Below, in pieces: positions 1 to 10,017 of a DNA stretch of 64,000 nucleotides. The stretch's first letter is position 1. The number at the start of each line of letters is the position of its first letter. The DNA lies in the NCBI GenBank assembly GCA_047602755.1, contig JBLKOM010000006.1:77561-141560 (forward strand), in the 5' to 3' direction. The stretch comes from Candidatus Woesearchaeota archaeon (GTDB taxonomy: Archaea; Nanobdellota; Nanobdellia; Woesearchaeales; JACJVV01). A program made the position numbers and the translations under genes. Below the pieces are notes generated by a model, which worked only from the letters and a program-made list of their open reading frames with translations, was not told the origin of the DNA and did no database searches.

Positions 1-699
1 AGGAAGTCATTGAACCAAATATATTCTCAGAAGGATTAGTTTCCAAATCAATTTTAATCTTACCATAATAATTTGAGATAATGCTAAGAATATTATTTGA
101 AGCATATGCAATATAATCTGAAGTAATTACATTGTTATCTATTTGATCAAAATAAAAATGAGGTACATCTTTTTTGTAATCATTTGAATAAAAAGAAGAA
201 TGTGGTATATTTATATCATCTGCAGTCCAAATCAAGCTATTATTATCAACATCGATAAATTCGTAACTTTTTTGTTTTTTACATGCAACAATTCCATTGT
301 CAAAAACATATGAAACAGCTCTATCTAGTGTTCCATGAAATCTTTCATTCTTATAAATTTCAGAATTATTTTCATGGGATATTATAGTATAATAATCATT
401 GTTTTTTGGTGATACAAAAACAAAACCATCTAAAGATTTTCTTGCTTTCTCAGAAAAATCATCTAAAGAAACAACAACATATTCTTTACAATAGTACCTC
501 GTTTGATTTGAACATACATTACTTTGAGAATATGAGAATGAGATTAACTGATTATTAACTATTATATGAGTATGTGTTTCTGATAGACTATGTTTAGCAG
601 TTCCATGCCTTAACAAATGCCTTCTTCTTGTAGGTTCTAATAAAACTGGAGAATTATTAAATTCACCTAAAACATCTTGAATTAAATCTTCAATATTCA
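1..699 (-). CDS. hypothetical protein, 5'-partial in window (continues upstream of position 1 on the minus strand)
   Basis: Open frame on the minus strand from ATG at 697-699 to the window edge (MNIEDLIQDVLGEFNNSPVLLEPTRRRHLL...). No recognisable motifs. Absent from the ORF track only because it has no stop within the window. Confidence 0.5.
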
Positions 700-813
700 T
701 ATATTAGAAGAATAAAAATGCAATTTTAAATTTTAGCATTTTATATGAATAAATAAGCATAAACTTTTATAAAAGATTCTGTTTTTTCTATATATCAAGA
801 ATATTATATTATT

Positions 814-909
814 GGTGACGTGGGACAATCTGGTACTCCGCTGGCCTTGAGTTTAAGGACAGAAAGCCAGTTTCCGCAAGGATTTCCCGGTTCAAATCCG
901 GGCGTCACC
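814..909 (+). tRNA. class II tRNA, probably tRNA-Ser (anticodon TGA at 848-850) with a putative 13-nt intron (852-864)
   Basis: 7-bp acceptor stem GGTGACG/CGTCACC. T-arm CCCGG-TTCAAAT-CCGGG. Anticodon stem CTGGC/GCCAG encloses 20 nt, consistent with a 6-nt loop half, a 13-nt intron at the 37/38 position and 1 nt. 15-nt variable arm, so Ser or Leu class. Discriminator G. No encoded CCA. Confidence 0.6.
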
Positions 910-1141
910 GTTTTAGTTTTACAATATTGATGTGTTTTCTAAGGGATTTGAACCTCCGGTTCATGCACTCACTAACGTTCGGCAGTTTGTTCATAAAAAA
1001 TCACAAACAATCCGGGCGTCACCGTTTTAGTTTTACAATATTGATGTGTTTTCTAAGGGATTTGAACCTCCGGTTCATGCACTCACTAACGTTCGGCAGT
1101 TTGTTCATAAAAAATCACAAACAATCCGGGCGTCACCGTTT
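896..1141. repeat. perfect tandem duplication of a 114-bp unit (910-1023 and 1024-1137). Each unit ends with an 18-bp copy of the tRNA 3' end (ATCCGGGCGTCACCGTTT), so the tRNA 3' end occurs three times
   Basis: Direct reading: the two units are identical. Each contains GGGATTTGAACC, the reverse complement of a tRNA T-arm. Resembles att-site duplication at a tRNA. Confidence 0.8.
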
Positions 1142-1193
1142 ATTTCTAAAAAAATTCAAAAAGTTTATATATTATCAAAATTAATTTTATTAT

Positions 1194-1442
1194 ATGGATT
1201 TTGACCTACAAAATTTTATGGATTGGTTTGATGAAAATAAAGAATGGATGTTAATACCTGTAGGAATTACTATAGGAGTAATATTAATTGGTTTTATAGT
1301 TATGCTTATTACGGGTAAAGAAGTTAGTACATTAGTGAAAACTATATTCATATTGCTTTTATTTGGATCACCTTTTATTGGATTTTATGTTGGAGAATAT
1401 GTTGATCCTTATATTGAGCTATTATTAGCTAAGTTGAAATGA
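1194..1442 (+). CDS. small hypothetical membrane protein (82 aa)
   Basis: ORF with two hydrophobic segments, directly upstream of the L35Ae gene on the same strand. Confidence 0.4.
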   Translation: MDFDLQNFMDWFDENKEWMLIPVGITIGVILIGFIVMLITGKEVSTLVKTIFILLLFGSPFIGFYVGEYVDPYIELLLAKLK

Positions 1443-1480
1443 CCATAACGTTTTTAAATAGTTCTAATTTCCCATAACCT

Positions 1481-1738
1481 ATGAAAGGAGTAATTGTTAA
1501 TTTTAGGGGAGGAAGACATACTCAATATAGTAATCATATGATTATAGTAGTAGATGGTGTAGAAAATAAAGAAAAAGCTACATCTTTAGTTGGTAAAAAA
1601 GTATCATGGAAAAGCCCAGCTGGGAAAGAGATTTTAGGTGAAATAAAATCTGCTCATGGTTCAAAAGGAGCTGTTAGAGCAATATTTGACTCTGGAATGC
1701 CAGGACAATCTGTAGGAAAACCTGTTTCTATAAATTAG
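1481..1738 (+). CDS. rpl35ae: 50S ribosomal protein L35Ae
   Basis: 85 aa. The sequence pattern (VIVNFRGG...GKKVSW...GEIKSAHGSKGAVRAIFDSGMPGQSVGKPV) matches the archaeal/eukaryotic L35Ae family in length and motif order. Confidence 0.85.
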   Translation: MKGVIVNFRGGRHTQYSNHMIIVVDGVENKEKATSLVGKKVSWKSPAGKEILGEIKSAHGSKGAVRAIFDSGMPGQSVGKPVSIN

Positions 1739-1804
1739 ATCTGTTTTGTATTATACTTTATTTTAAATTTAAATAAATAAAATAATAAGAATTATTAAAT
1801 CAAT

Positions 1805-2734
1805 TTATGCAACATTCTTTAATCCTTTAGCTTCATCAACAAGGTGTTCCATAACTCTACATTCTTGATATTGCTTTAAAACATCATCATGGACTTTTTT
1901 ATGAAGTTTATCAACTATATCTTTATTTATTTTATCAATCTTATCTTGAGGAAAACCTGAAGCAAGAAGATTTTTCATTTGTTGTTGCTCACGTTCATCT
2001 AAAGATTCTAAACGATCTCTTATTTTTAATAGCATTCTTTCAACAAAAATTGCATCTGCTAAAATATTCTCTAATGCTACAACAAATCTTTTTTCAAAAA
2101 TATTAACTATTCTTCTAACATCTTTAGAATCAGCATGTTTTTTAAGTCGGTTTAAGTTTTTTTCCAATGATTTTTCTGCATCTCTTATTCGTGAAGATTG
2201 CCTTCGTAAATCTTTAGCACGCAAACGCATTTGGAAATAAATTGCAACTAATTCTTGAATCATAAAATCTTTAAGCATCTCTCTACCAATTTTCTCTCTT
2301 CTTACTTGTTGAGCCATCTCTTCAACTTTTCTTTGTAAAATAGGAATCCATTGATTATATTTTTCAGGTATTTTTTGTAATTCTTTAGCAAGATCAGGAG
2401 GTAACTGAACTTTACTTATTACTTTATTAAAAGCATCATGGAAGTTATCAAGAATTTCTAATGCACGAAATTCTAAAACAGAAACATCTTCATCTACATG
2501 CATAATATGGTTTTCAGCATTCTCTTCTTCCTTAAAGAATTTATTTATAGCAGCAAGAACAGCATCAATGTTTACATCATCATCAGCATCTTTTAATTGT
2601 TTCATAGCATCATTTAATGCTTGAAATTCTTTTTTAATATCCCTAATATGATGCTTTGCACCTAATCCATAAATAAAATTAGGTAAAATATGTGTCATCT
2701 TTAAACTTAATTCTTGAGTTGTTCTTGTTGGCAT
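1805..2734 (-). CDS. hypothetical alpha-helical, charged protein (309 aa)
   Basis: Long ORF with a 16-nt gap to the next minus-strand ORF. No diagnostic motif recognised. Confidence 0.55.
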   Translation of the reverse strand: MPTRTTQELSLKMTHILPNFIYGLGAKHHIRDIKKEFQALNDAMKQLKDADDDVNIDAVLAAINKFFKEEENAENHIMHVDEDVSVLEFRALEILDNFHDAFNKVISKVQLPPDLAKELQKIPEKYNQWIPILQRKVEEMAQQVRREKIGREMLKDFMIQELVAIYFQMRLRAKDLRRQSSRIRDAEKSLEKNLNRLKKHADSKDVRRIVNIFEKRFVVALENILADAIFVERMLLKIRDRLESLDEREQQQMKNLLASGFPQDKIDKINKDIVDKLHKKVHDDVLKQYQECRVMEHLVDEAKGLKNVA

Positions 2735-2749
2735 TTAGTATCACCTGTA

Positions 2750-3916
2750 TTATGCAGCTTTTTGCATGGTTAATTGATTTTCAAAATTTTCTATTTCTTG
2801 TTGTGTTTGAGATGAATATCTTTGTACTACAGCAAACATATTCTTTGCATTAATTAATTTATCTCTAATAGATTGCATGTAATAAATCAATGAATCAAAT
2901 AATTTAATAATATCAGTTGCACCTGATTTTACTTGTTGTTGGAATTTTTCTGAATTCTTCATTATTTTATTTATTGCTTTTACTGAGCTTGAAAATTGAG
3001 TCAGTAATGATGGTTTATCTTTTGAGTCTATTACGATTAATTCAAGATTAAGTATTGTCTGCCTTAGTTTAATATTTCTATCTCGTATTGTATGTAATAA
3101 TGCATCTAATTTTAATTTTAATTCAGGTGTTTCATTTAATCTAAATTGATCAAGACTTGCAGACTCAGACTCTAAATCCTTTTTAAGCTTACTAAGTTTT
3201 CTTAATTGATATATTAATGCTTTTTTAATTTGTGAGAATTTTAATTCTGGTGCTTTTAATAACTCTGGTAGTTCTTTCATTTTTGCTGCTAATGCATATT
3301 TTGCACGAGAATCATGAGCTTGTCTTAATGCTTCTTCAATCCCAGCTAAGATACTAACTACTTCTTCTATTTGTGATATATCTTGTTGAAGTTGTGAGTC
3401 TTGTTTGAATGTTGGATTATCAAGTAATGATTGTTCTGTTTTAAGAATTGAATCATGCTTAATTGGTTGATGTTCAATAGATTTCTTAGTTAAGGAGATA
3501 TTAATAGGAATATTCAGCTGCTTACTTCTTGATATCATAGCCTCACCACGGTGATTAAGATGATAAATATAAACTTCGAGATTTAATTTATCCGCTTTAT
3601 ACTTATCAGGAATATCCATTTCAACATGAAATGTTAAAGCATTTTTTCTATCAACATTAACTAAATAACCAGTAATTTGTTGATTCTTATTTGTTGGAAC
3701 TGCTTGTAATTTAATCTCTTGTTTTTTTTTTGCTATAATTCCTTTTGTAATATAAGCAAAATATTTAACATAATTTAATGGACTACCATCTGCTAAAGTT
3801 CGTAAGTATGCTACAAATTTATCTTGAGTTATTTGCTTGGGTTGTGAAGATGAATCTACTACAGCTATATTAGGTAACATATTGTCCGTTATTTTTATTT
3901 TAAATTTTGCTATCAT
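2750..3916 (-). CDS. hypothetical coiled-coil protein (388 aa)
   Basis: Long ORF. C-terminal two thirds are rich in heptad-like K/E/L/Q repeats. Confidence 0.55.
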   Translation of the reverse strand: MIAKFKIKITDNMLPNIAVVDSSSQPKQITQDKFVAYLRTLADGSPLNYVKYFAYITKGIIAKKKQEIKLQAVPTNKNQQITGYLVNVDRKNALTFHVEMDIPDKYKADKLNLEVYIYHLNHRGEAMISRSKQLNIPINISLTKKSIEHQPIKHDSILKTEQSLLDNPTFKQDSQLQQDISQIEEVVSILAGIEEALRQAHDSRAKYALAAKMKELPELLKAPELKFSQIKKALIYQLRKLSKLKKDLESESASLDQFRLNETPELKLKLDALLHTIRDRNIKLRQTILNLELIVIDSKDKPSLLTQFSSSVKAINKIMKNSEKFQQQVKSGATDIIKLFDSLIYYMQSIRDKLINAKNMFAVVQRYSSQTQQEIENFENQLTMQKAA

Positions 3917-4122
3917 TTTGTTATGCTCTTTCTTGCTCTCCTTCTACTTTAAAATCAGAGTTACTATCTGAGTCTTCAGATGTATTATTTCCATTTAATA
4001 TATTATTTAATTCAGTTTCATTTTTAATTTTAAATAAATTATTAACTCTTTCTATATCCGTAGCACTACTTACATTTCCTAAATATTTAGTTAACATTTG
4101 ATTAAAATTATCTTCTACCATA

Positions 4123-5754
4123 TTAATTATTTCTCCATAAAATAAAAGGATTGAAATTAAAATCAAGTACACCTTGATTTTTTAATTGAGTTTTAATAGT
4201 ATCAGTAGGATTATCAGCATGTTGAATAATTAAATTATTAATTGCATCTAATTCATTATTATCCATTTCTTTATCTAATACAGCTACAAATACTCTTAAA
4301 AAACACATCATAGGATTATCATGTTTATTAACATTAAATATAGGGCTAATTATAACTTTTGGATTACTATAAAAATTATGACAAAAATGATCATCATAAA
4401 CTAATTTTTGAATAGATTTATTTTCATATTTAAAACTAATACTTAAATTTGTTATCTTTAATCTATTATTAAGTTCATGTTTGGTTAATATTTTTGGATT
4501 ATCAAAACCTAATGTGTTGTAATAAGACACAAAAAATACATGATAATGTTTTTTGCCAATTCCTTTTTTAATATGAAAATTAGAATCTTCATTGGAAATA
4601 TTATTACTTATAACATTCATTATTTTTGGAACTGAACCAAAAGGATTATCTAAAGAAGAATTATGAACCTTAATAGTTGTACTCTCAATTAAAACAACTT
4701 TAGAATTATTATCACCTTCATTTATTTCTTTACTTAATATAATATTATTATGTGCTTCTTTAGAAAAATCTGCAATTTGAACAAAAGGAGAAAAGAATTC
4801 TAGTTTTGCTTTTTTATAACCACTATCTTTTAATACAAGTGATTCAATAGATTCAATTTTTGAACCTTCTGGAATATCTTTAAATTCAAAATAACCATCT
4901 TTATCAGCAATAGTAAAAGTAGTTACATCTGGAAGAGTTTTTTGTTGCATATGTTTTTCAGAATTACTTATTTTAAGTTTAATTATATGACCATTTAATC
5001 CAATAGATAAAGGAGTTCTACTACCATCATTACCTGCATAAACATCTTTTGCCCAGTCTAATGCATGTGTATTATCATATTGAATTGGATTTGGACAATC
5101 TGTAATAGTTTCTTTAGTAACAAGTCTACCTTTAATTGTAAATTTTTCTTTACTTTTTCCACCTACATCCCATCTAGTCCATTTCCATCTTAAATCTTCA
5201 TCGTGGATAACTCCAAGTTTATCAAAGAATTTATCAACATCTAATATTTTTTTAAAGGAACCTCTAAATATGTCTTTTAATCTAGGACTTTTTTTTGCTG
5301 CCTTATAAATTTCATTAATCTGATGCTGTTTTGCTCTTGCGGCTCCTAAACCAATTACAGGATATTGTTGAAGTATAGATTCTGGAATTTCTTGAAATTC
5401 ATCTTCAAATGGATGATTAAGTAAAGTTATACCTTGCATACCAAGGAAGTGACCATGAACAAATCCTCCAAATTTAACATTTCCTTCAATTTCACCAGGC
5501 TGTTTTGTTTGCTGTTCTCTTGATGTTACTTGATCAACATTTCCTATTTCTCTAGGATACTTACCACTATTATTTAGCTTTCTAAAAGCCTCATCAGCAT
5601 CACTAGCTTCAAATCCCCACCAAGTATAAAAGAAAATCTCATTTTTTTGCTTTTCTAATTTCTCAACAGGATCTTGCTCATTAGGATTTTCAACTACTTC
5701 ATCAATAACATCTTCAATTATTTCATTCAAGTTGTTAAAATTGTTGTCTGGCAT
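4123..5754 (-). CDS. hypothetical protein (543 aa) with a possible CarboxypepD_reg-like beta-sandwich segment
   Basis: Long ORF. The segment ...GHIIKLKISN...TIADKDGYFEFKDIPEGSKIE resembles carboxypeptidase-regulatory-like domains. No signal peptide. Confidence 0.55.
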   Translation of the reverse strand: MPDNNFNNLNEIIEDVIDEVVENPNEQDPVEKLEKQKNEIFFYTWWGFEASDADEAFRKLNNSGKYPREIGNVDQVTSREQQTKQPGEIEGNVKFGGFVHGHFLGMQGITLLNHPFEDEFQEIPESILQQYPVIGLGAARAKQHQINEIYKAAKKSPRLKDIFRGSFKKILDVDKFFDKLGVIHDEDLRWKWTRWDVGGKSKEKFTIKGRLVTKETITDCPNPIQYDNTHALDWAKDVYAGNDGSRTPLSIGLNGHIIKLKISNSEKHMQQKTLPDVTTFTIADKDGYFEFKDIPEGSKIESIESLVLKDSGYKKAKLEFFSPFVQIADFSKEAHNNIILSKEINEGDNNSKVVLIESTTIKVHNSSLDNPFGSVPKIMNVISNNISNEDSNFHIKKGIGKKHYHVFFVSYYNTLGFDNPKILTKHELNNRLKITNLSISFKYENKSIQKLVYDDHFCHNFYSNPKVIISPIFNVNKHDNPMMCFLRVFVAVLDKEMDNNELDAINNLIIQHADNPTDTIKTQLKNQGVLDFNFNPFILWRNN

Positions 5755-5757
5755 TTT

Positions 5758-8391
5758 TTATAAATTCTCAATTCTATTTTTTACTAAGCTATATAATACT
5801 TTGAAAAACTCAATGGTATCATCCATGTTATCTTTATTTCTAAAACTCTTTTTTATCTCTAATTGCATTGAGTCTACACCAGTTTCTTTATTGATAAATT
5901 TAGTTACTGTTTCATCAGTATTAGCTCCAAAACGATCATTCAAAACAACAGAATATTTTCCATTGTTGCTTAATATAGGAATAAGAGTATCTTCAACTAA
6001 AGTTTTATCTTTTGTATCATTTTTTGCTGTTCCAATATATATATCATGATCATGATTATTATTACACCCATGTAAATCTATTACCAATATTGACCTATTC
6101 ATAGTAACATAATTAATTAAACTTTGTTTGTATGATAAAATTTGACGATTAGAATCATCAACTTCCCCCAAAATATTTTTATCTTTAGAAGATGAATTAG
6201 AAGATTCATAATTAAAATAATTAGCATCTCTAGACTTAGCACTAGTATAAATAATTGGGCAATCTAATAATTCATTTAATAATAAAGCAAATGCACCAGT
6301 CATCTCATCTGAATTATGTTCTATTATTTCTCCATTTTTTTTATCAGTTCTCCTTATACTCCTAACATTATGCGGGGCTGATAAAATAACTTTTGATTTT
6401 CTTCCTGTAATTAATTTAAAAGATTTTGATGTAATTTCTATTTGATTATTATTTTTAGTAGATGAATTAAAATAATCTAGTAATTTATTTTTTAATTCAT
6501 TATCTGATGGCAATTTATTAGTAATTTTTTTAGATGCCATCGTAGTAGTAGTATTTTTAGTGGTTGTATTAGAAGGCTTTTTAGTAGAAGTGATTTTAGA
6601 TAAAGGAATTTTTCCTGTATTGAAATAAATAACTAAATCATATAATGCTTTAAATAAATTAAAAAGTTTTTTTCGAGCTGATTTATTTCTATAAGAATTG
6701 CTTAATTGTAACTCTATAGGTATAAAATCAGGATTTTTTAATCTATTACTATAATAAATAATATCAATTACTGGATTTTTTGAAATTTCTTTATTAGTAG
6801 GTTCAAGTTTAATATTATAATAATTAAAAATATCAATTATATCTTTTTGAATTTTTTTAGATAAATTGTTTGCCCTAAGAAATATTTTATCTTCAGAACT
6901 AATTATACCAATTATATTTATTAAATATTTTTTATCTTCAATAATTTCTAATAATTTAGCTTTATATGGTAGCATTCCATTATTTATGTTATCTTCAATA
7001 GTAAAAGCACTAATATCATCAAAATTAGTTGTTACAGAATTACAATCAAATGATTCTGGATCTCTTGATTTTAAATCTGAATATATTATCGGGCAGTCAG
7101 CATATGCCTGTAAAAGAATAGCAAATGCACCAGTAAATAAATCAGGATTACGTTCTTTTGTTTTTTTACCATCAAAATATAAATAAGATGAATAGTGAGG
7201 TGCTGATATAACTACTGAACTTGTACCATCATAATTTTTAAAAGAAGCATCAGGAAAAGATAGTTTATCAAAATCTTTAGATTTCCAATCATTAATTAGC
7301 CTATTAACAATAGCATTCTCATTTTTATCAAAATCATGAGTCACTTTTTCGGATGATGAAGAAGAAGGTAAATTATTAAATCCTTGTAAAATTAATATAC
7401 CTAGTTCTTTAAAAGTATCATAATTATTATTAGAAGAATTTAAAATACTTTTTATTTTATCTTTATATTCATCTTGAACTTTCTCTATTTTCTCATTAAG
7501 TGAATCTTTTTGTCTAAAAGTTTCAAACCCAATACGATAACTGAAAATATCATGATGTGTTTTTTTATCATCTATTTTAGAAGTATCTTTTGCTAAAAAT
7601 GGCATAACCCATGAAATACTTTTTGTTTTATAATTAATATTTAGACCTAACTGATTTAATTTATTAATACAACTATCTCTTATAACAGTTGCTATTTCTG
7701 AAGCTTTTTCTAAATCTTTTTCATTTAATTTGCTTAAATTTACAGCACATGTTTTTACATGTGTATTTTGTACTGCCTTTCGATAATAGCTTTCATCCTC
7801 ACCTAAATCTTGATATGCAAGATATTTTCTTATTATTTCAAGAATCTTTTTATTTGTCTCATTCCCTTCATTACTCGGCCTATTATTTGAACTAGATTCT
7901 TCTTCTTTTACTTGTTGTTGTTCCTGGTGGATGTCAGGGGCTTTATATCCAATATCAGAGATAAATTTATTTAAAATATTGTCAAATAAAGTATGTAAAT
8001 GATTCTTAAATCTACCACTTCTTACAATTTCCCATAATTCTTTTTTAGATTCATTTTTTGGTTTCTTATTATTTGGATTATATTGACTTTTGAAAAAATC
8101 TTTAATACCTAGATGAATATGTTTTTTAAAATAATTTTCAGTTTTTTCTAGAATATCATTGATTTCTCTATCATCAAAAATAAAATTATTATTATGATAT
8201 AAATAATAATGCGCTGTTTGAAATGATGGATTGTTCTTTTGAGTATTTAGATTTGATTTGAATTGTTCTCTTAACTCAGAGAAAGAATATTCATTATTAG
8301 CTTTAAGTTTTCTAATTAAATAAATCATATACCAACGTTTTATAGTTCTAGTTGCTACATTTCCTGCATCTCTTTTTTTAGTAAAAAACAT
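5758..8391 (-). CDS. large hypothetical protein (877 aa) with two tandem copies of a putative Zn-amidohydrolase-like domain
   Basis: Internal duplication: ...SAPHYSSYLYFDG...FTGAFAILLQAYADCPIIYSDLKSRD... and ...SAPHNVRS...EMTGAFALLLNELLDCPIIYTSAKSRD...IDLHG.... The SAPH/E/IDLHG pattern is reminiscent of the poly-gamma-glutamate hydrolase, N-formylglutamate amidohydrolase and carboxypeptidase-like fold (tentative). Stop is 3 nt before the next gene's start. Confidence 0.6.
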   Translation of the reverse strand: MFFTKKRDAGNVATRTIKRWYMIYLIRKLKANNEYSFSELREQFKSNLNTQKNNPSFQTAHYYLYHNNNFIFDDREINDILEKTENYFKKHIHLGIKDFFKSQYNPNNKKPKNESKKELWEIVRSGRFKNHLHTLFDNILNKFISDIGYKAPDIHQEQQQVKEEESSSNNRPSNEGNETNKKILEIIRKYLAYQDLGEDESYYRKAVQNTHVKTCAVNLSKLNEKDLEKASEIATVIRDSCINKLNQLGLNINYKTKSISWVMPFLAKDTSKIDDKKTHHDIFSYRIGFETFRQKDSLNEKIEKVQDEYKDKIKSILNSSNNNYDTFKELGILILQGFNNLPSSSSSEKVTHDFDKNENAIVNRLINDWKSKDFDKLSFPDASFKNYDGTSSVVISAPHYSSYLYFDGKKTKERNPDLFTGAFAILLQAYADCPIIYSDLKSRDPESFDCNSVTTNFDDISAFTIEDNINNGMLPYKAKLLEIIEDKKYLINIIGIISSEDKIFLRANNLSKKIQKDIIDIFNYYNIKLEPTNKEISKNPVIDIIYYSNRLKNPDFIPIELQLSNSYRNKSARKKLFNLFKALYDLVIYFNTGKIPLSKITSTKKPSNTTTKNTTTTMASKKITNKLPSDNELKNKLLDYFNSSTKNNNQIEITSKSFKLITGRKSKVILSAPHNVRSIRRTDKKNGEIIEHNSDEMTGAFALLLNELLDCPIIYTSAKSRDANYFNYESSNSSSKDKNILGEVDDSNRQILSYKQSLINYVTMNRSILVIDLHGCNNNHDHDIYIGTAKNDTKDKTLVEDTLIPILSNNGKYSVVLNDRFGANTDETVTKFINKETGVDSMQLEIKKSFRNKDNMDDTIEFFKVLYSLVKNRIENL

Positions 8392-8416
8392 ATTTTCTCC
8401 TCATTTTTTAAATAGC

Positions 8417-10012
8417 CTAAATACTTCGTTTTCTTGTATGTGAACTTATTTCTCCTTTTGTTTTTATTTTTTTATTACCATTACCTAAATCTTCGAATTT
8501 AACATGATGTATTGAAGGCTCAAAACCCCATGCATCTTCTGATTTAAAATTAAGTTGAATAGATTTCATTCCTTTATATCCTGAAGGAAGCCTGAATTGC
8601 ATATGTGCTTCAAACTTTAATTTTTTATTTGTAAATAAATCTTTTATGAAACCAACTTTATTTCGACTTTTGTATTTTTCATCTTTGCTTAAATCATAAG
8701 TTACATCAATAAATACATTTTTATTTACTGGGAGTATATAATAATCATCAGATGGAACTACTCCATTAGTGTCAGTTGGCTGATCTGGGTATTTATAACC
8801 AGCAGATGTTACAGAAACCATAGCACCTTGAACATTCTCATTATCTTCATTTTTTACATGAACTTTCAATAAAGCAACTTCTGAGTTTTCTTCTAAAACT
8901 CTATCAGATGTATCATCAAAATCATCATCATCTGTACCATCTTTTTTGCCTTTCTTTTTAGTACTTTTCTTTTTTGTTTTATCATCATAATCATCTAATG
9001 ATTTATCTCCTTTAGATACAACAATTCCTTTAATTGTTTTATTTTTCTTTATTTTAAATGGTGGTTTTTTACCTCTATGGTCATTATGTCCATTATATGA
9101 ATTCCAATAAGGGTCATTATTAGCAATTACAACATCAACAACAACTTCTTTATCTTCAACATCTTTTATTACTATTGCAAAATTACCCACTCCATTTGAA
9201 CGAGCTCTTGCTAGAGTATTACCAGAAGAATCTAATGCTTCAACAATAGTTGAGACTGGTTCATTATCATCATTAAGTACTTTACCAATTAATGTAACTT
9301 TTCCTTTAGCACCTTTACCATCTGATCCACCGCCTGAGCCTCCACCTGAACCACTACCTGAACCATCACCTGAATCACTACCTGAACCATCACCTGAATC
9401 CCCACCTTTTTTTCTAAACATCCACATTGCTAACCAAACAAAAGTTATAAGCCAGCCCAATGCAAAAAGTGGGGAACCTCTTCTACCCATTAACCATCCA
9501 TAAAAAATCATAGTTAAAGCAGCTCCTATTAATGCTTTTTTCCATCTATCATCTTCAGGATCAGCATCTTTTAAGCCGAAGTAGGTCATTGCAAATATTA
9601 ATAATGATAATAATATCCCACCAAGTATTGCATATGGTCCAAGTATACTATCAAGTGCTTCACTAACACTCACTGCTCCACCATTTAAGAATATTAAACC
9701 AAAAATACCTAATGATGATAGGATTGCTAAACATAAAGAAACAATTTTTCCATATTTATTTGTTGGGGAGCCACTAAAAACTGGAATTTTACCCATTAAT
9801 GGAACAAAAATATTATAGAACATTATTGTGAATATAATGACTGTTATTCCAAAAACAGCATAATCATTAGTTAATAATTGTTCTAAAAATACTCCACCAG
9901 TATTAAAAACATTCAAGAATTCTTGCATACCTGGATTTGCTAAGACTGGCTTTGAAAATAGTGTTAAAATTAGTGTGTAAAATACATTTTTCATCCATCT
10001 AGCAGTTCTCAT
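8417..10012 (-). CDS. multi-pass membrane protein (531 aa) with a Gly/Ser/Asp-rich linker and a C-terminal globular (probably extracytoplasmic) domain
   Basis: N-terminal hydrophobic helices, then GGDSGDGSGSDSGDGSGSGSGGGSGGGSDG encoded by a nucleotide tandem repeat at about 9345-9410. N-terminal membrane module is paralogous to the adjacent 179-aa ORF. Confidence 0.6.
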   Translation of the reverse strand: MRTARWMKNVFYTLILTLFSKPVLANPGMQEFLNVFNTGGVFLEQLLTNDYAVFGITVIIFTIMFYNIFVPLMGKIPVFSGSPTNKYGKIVSLCLAILSSLGIFGLIFLNGGAVSVSEALDSILGPYAILGGILLSLLIFAMTYFGLKDADPEDDRWKKALIGAALTMIFYGWLMGRRGSPLFALGWLITFVWLAMWMFRKKGGDSGDGSGSDSGDGSGSGSGGGSGGGSDGKGAKGKVTLIGKVLNDDNEPVSTIVEALDSSGNTLARARSNGVGNFAIVIKDVEDKEVVVDVVIANNDPYWNSYNGHNDHRGKKPPFKIKKNKTIKGIVVSKGDKSLDDYDDKTKKKSTKKKGKKDGTDDDDFDDTSDRVLEENSEVALLKVHVKNEDNENVQGAMVSVTSAGYKYPDQPTDTNGVVPSDDYYILPVNKNVFIDVTYDLSKDEKYKSRNKVGFIKDLFTNKKLKFEAHMQFRLPSGYKGMKSIQLNFKSEDAWGFEPSIHHVKFEDLGNGNKKIKTKGEISSHTRKRSI

Positions 10013-10017
10013 CTTAC

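Noticed and set aside
927-1184. 85-aa ORF with an internally repeated peptide
   Set aside because: It is a translation through the perfect 114-bp tandem DNA duplication downstream of the tRNA, so it is an artefact of the repeat and not a gene.
3907-4172. Small overlapping ORFs 3907-4101 (plus) and 3921-4172 (minus)
   Set aside because: They overlap each other and the ends of two long minus-strand genes. They are low-complexity N/S/I-rich translations typical of AT-rich shadow frames.
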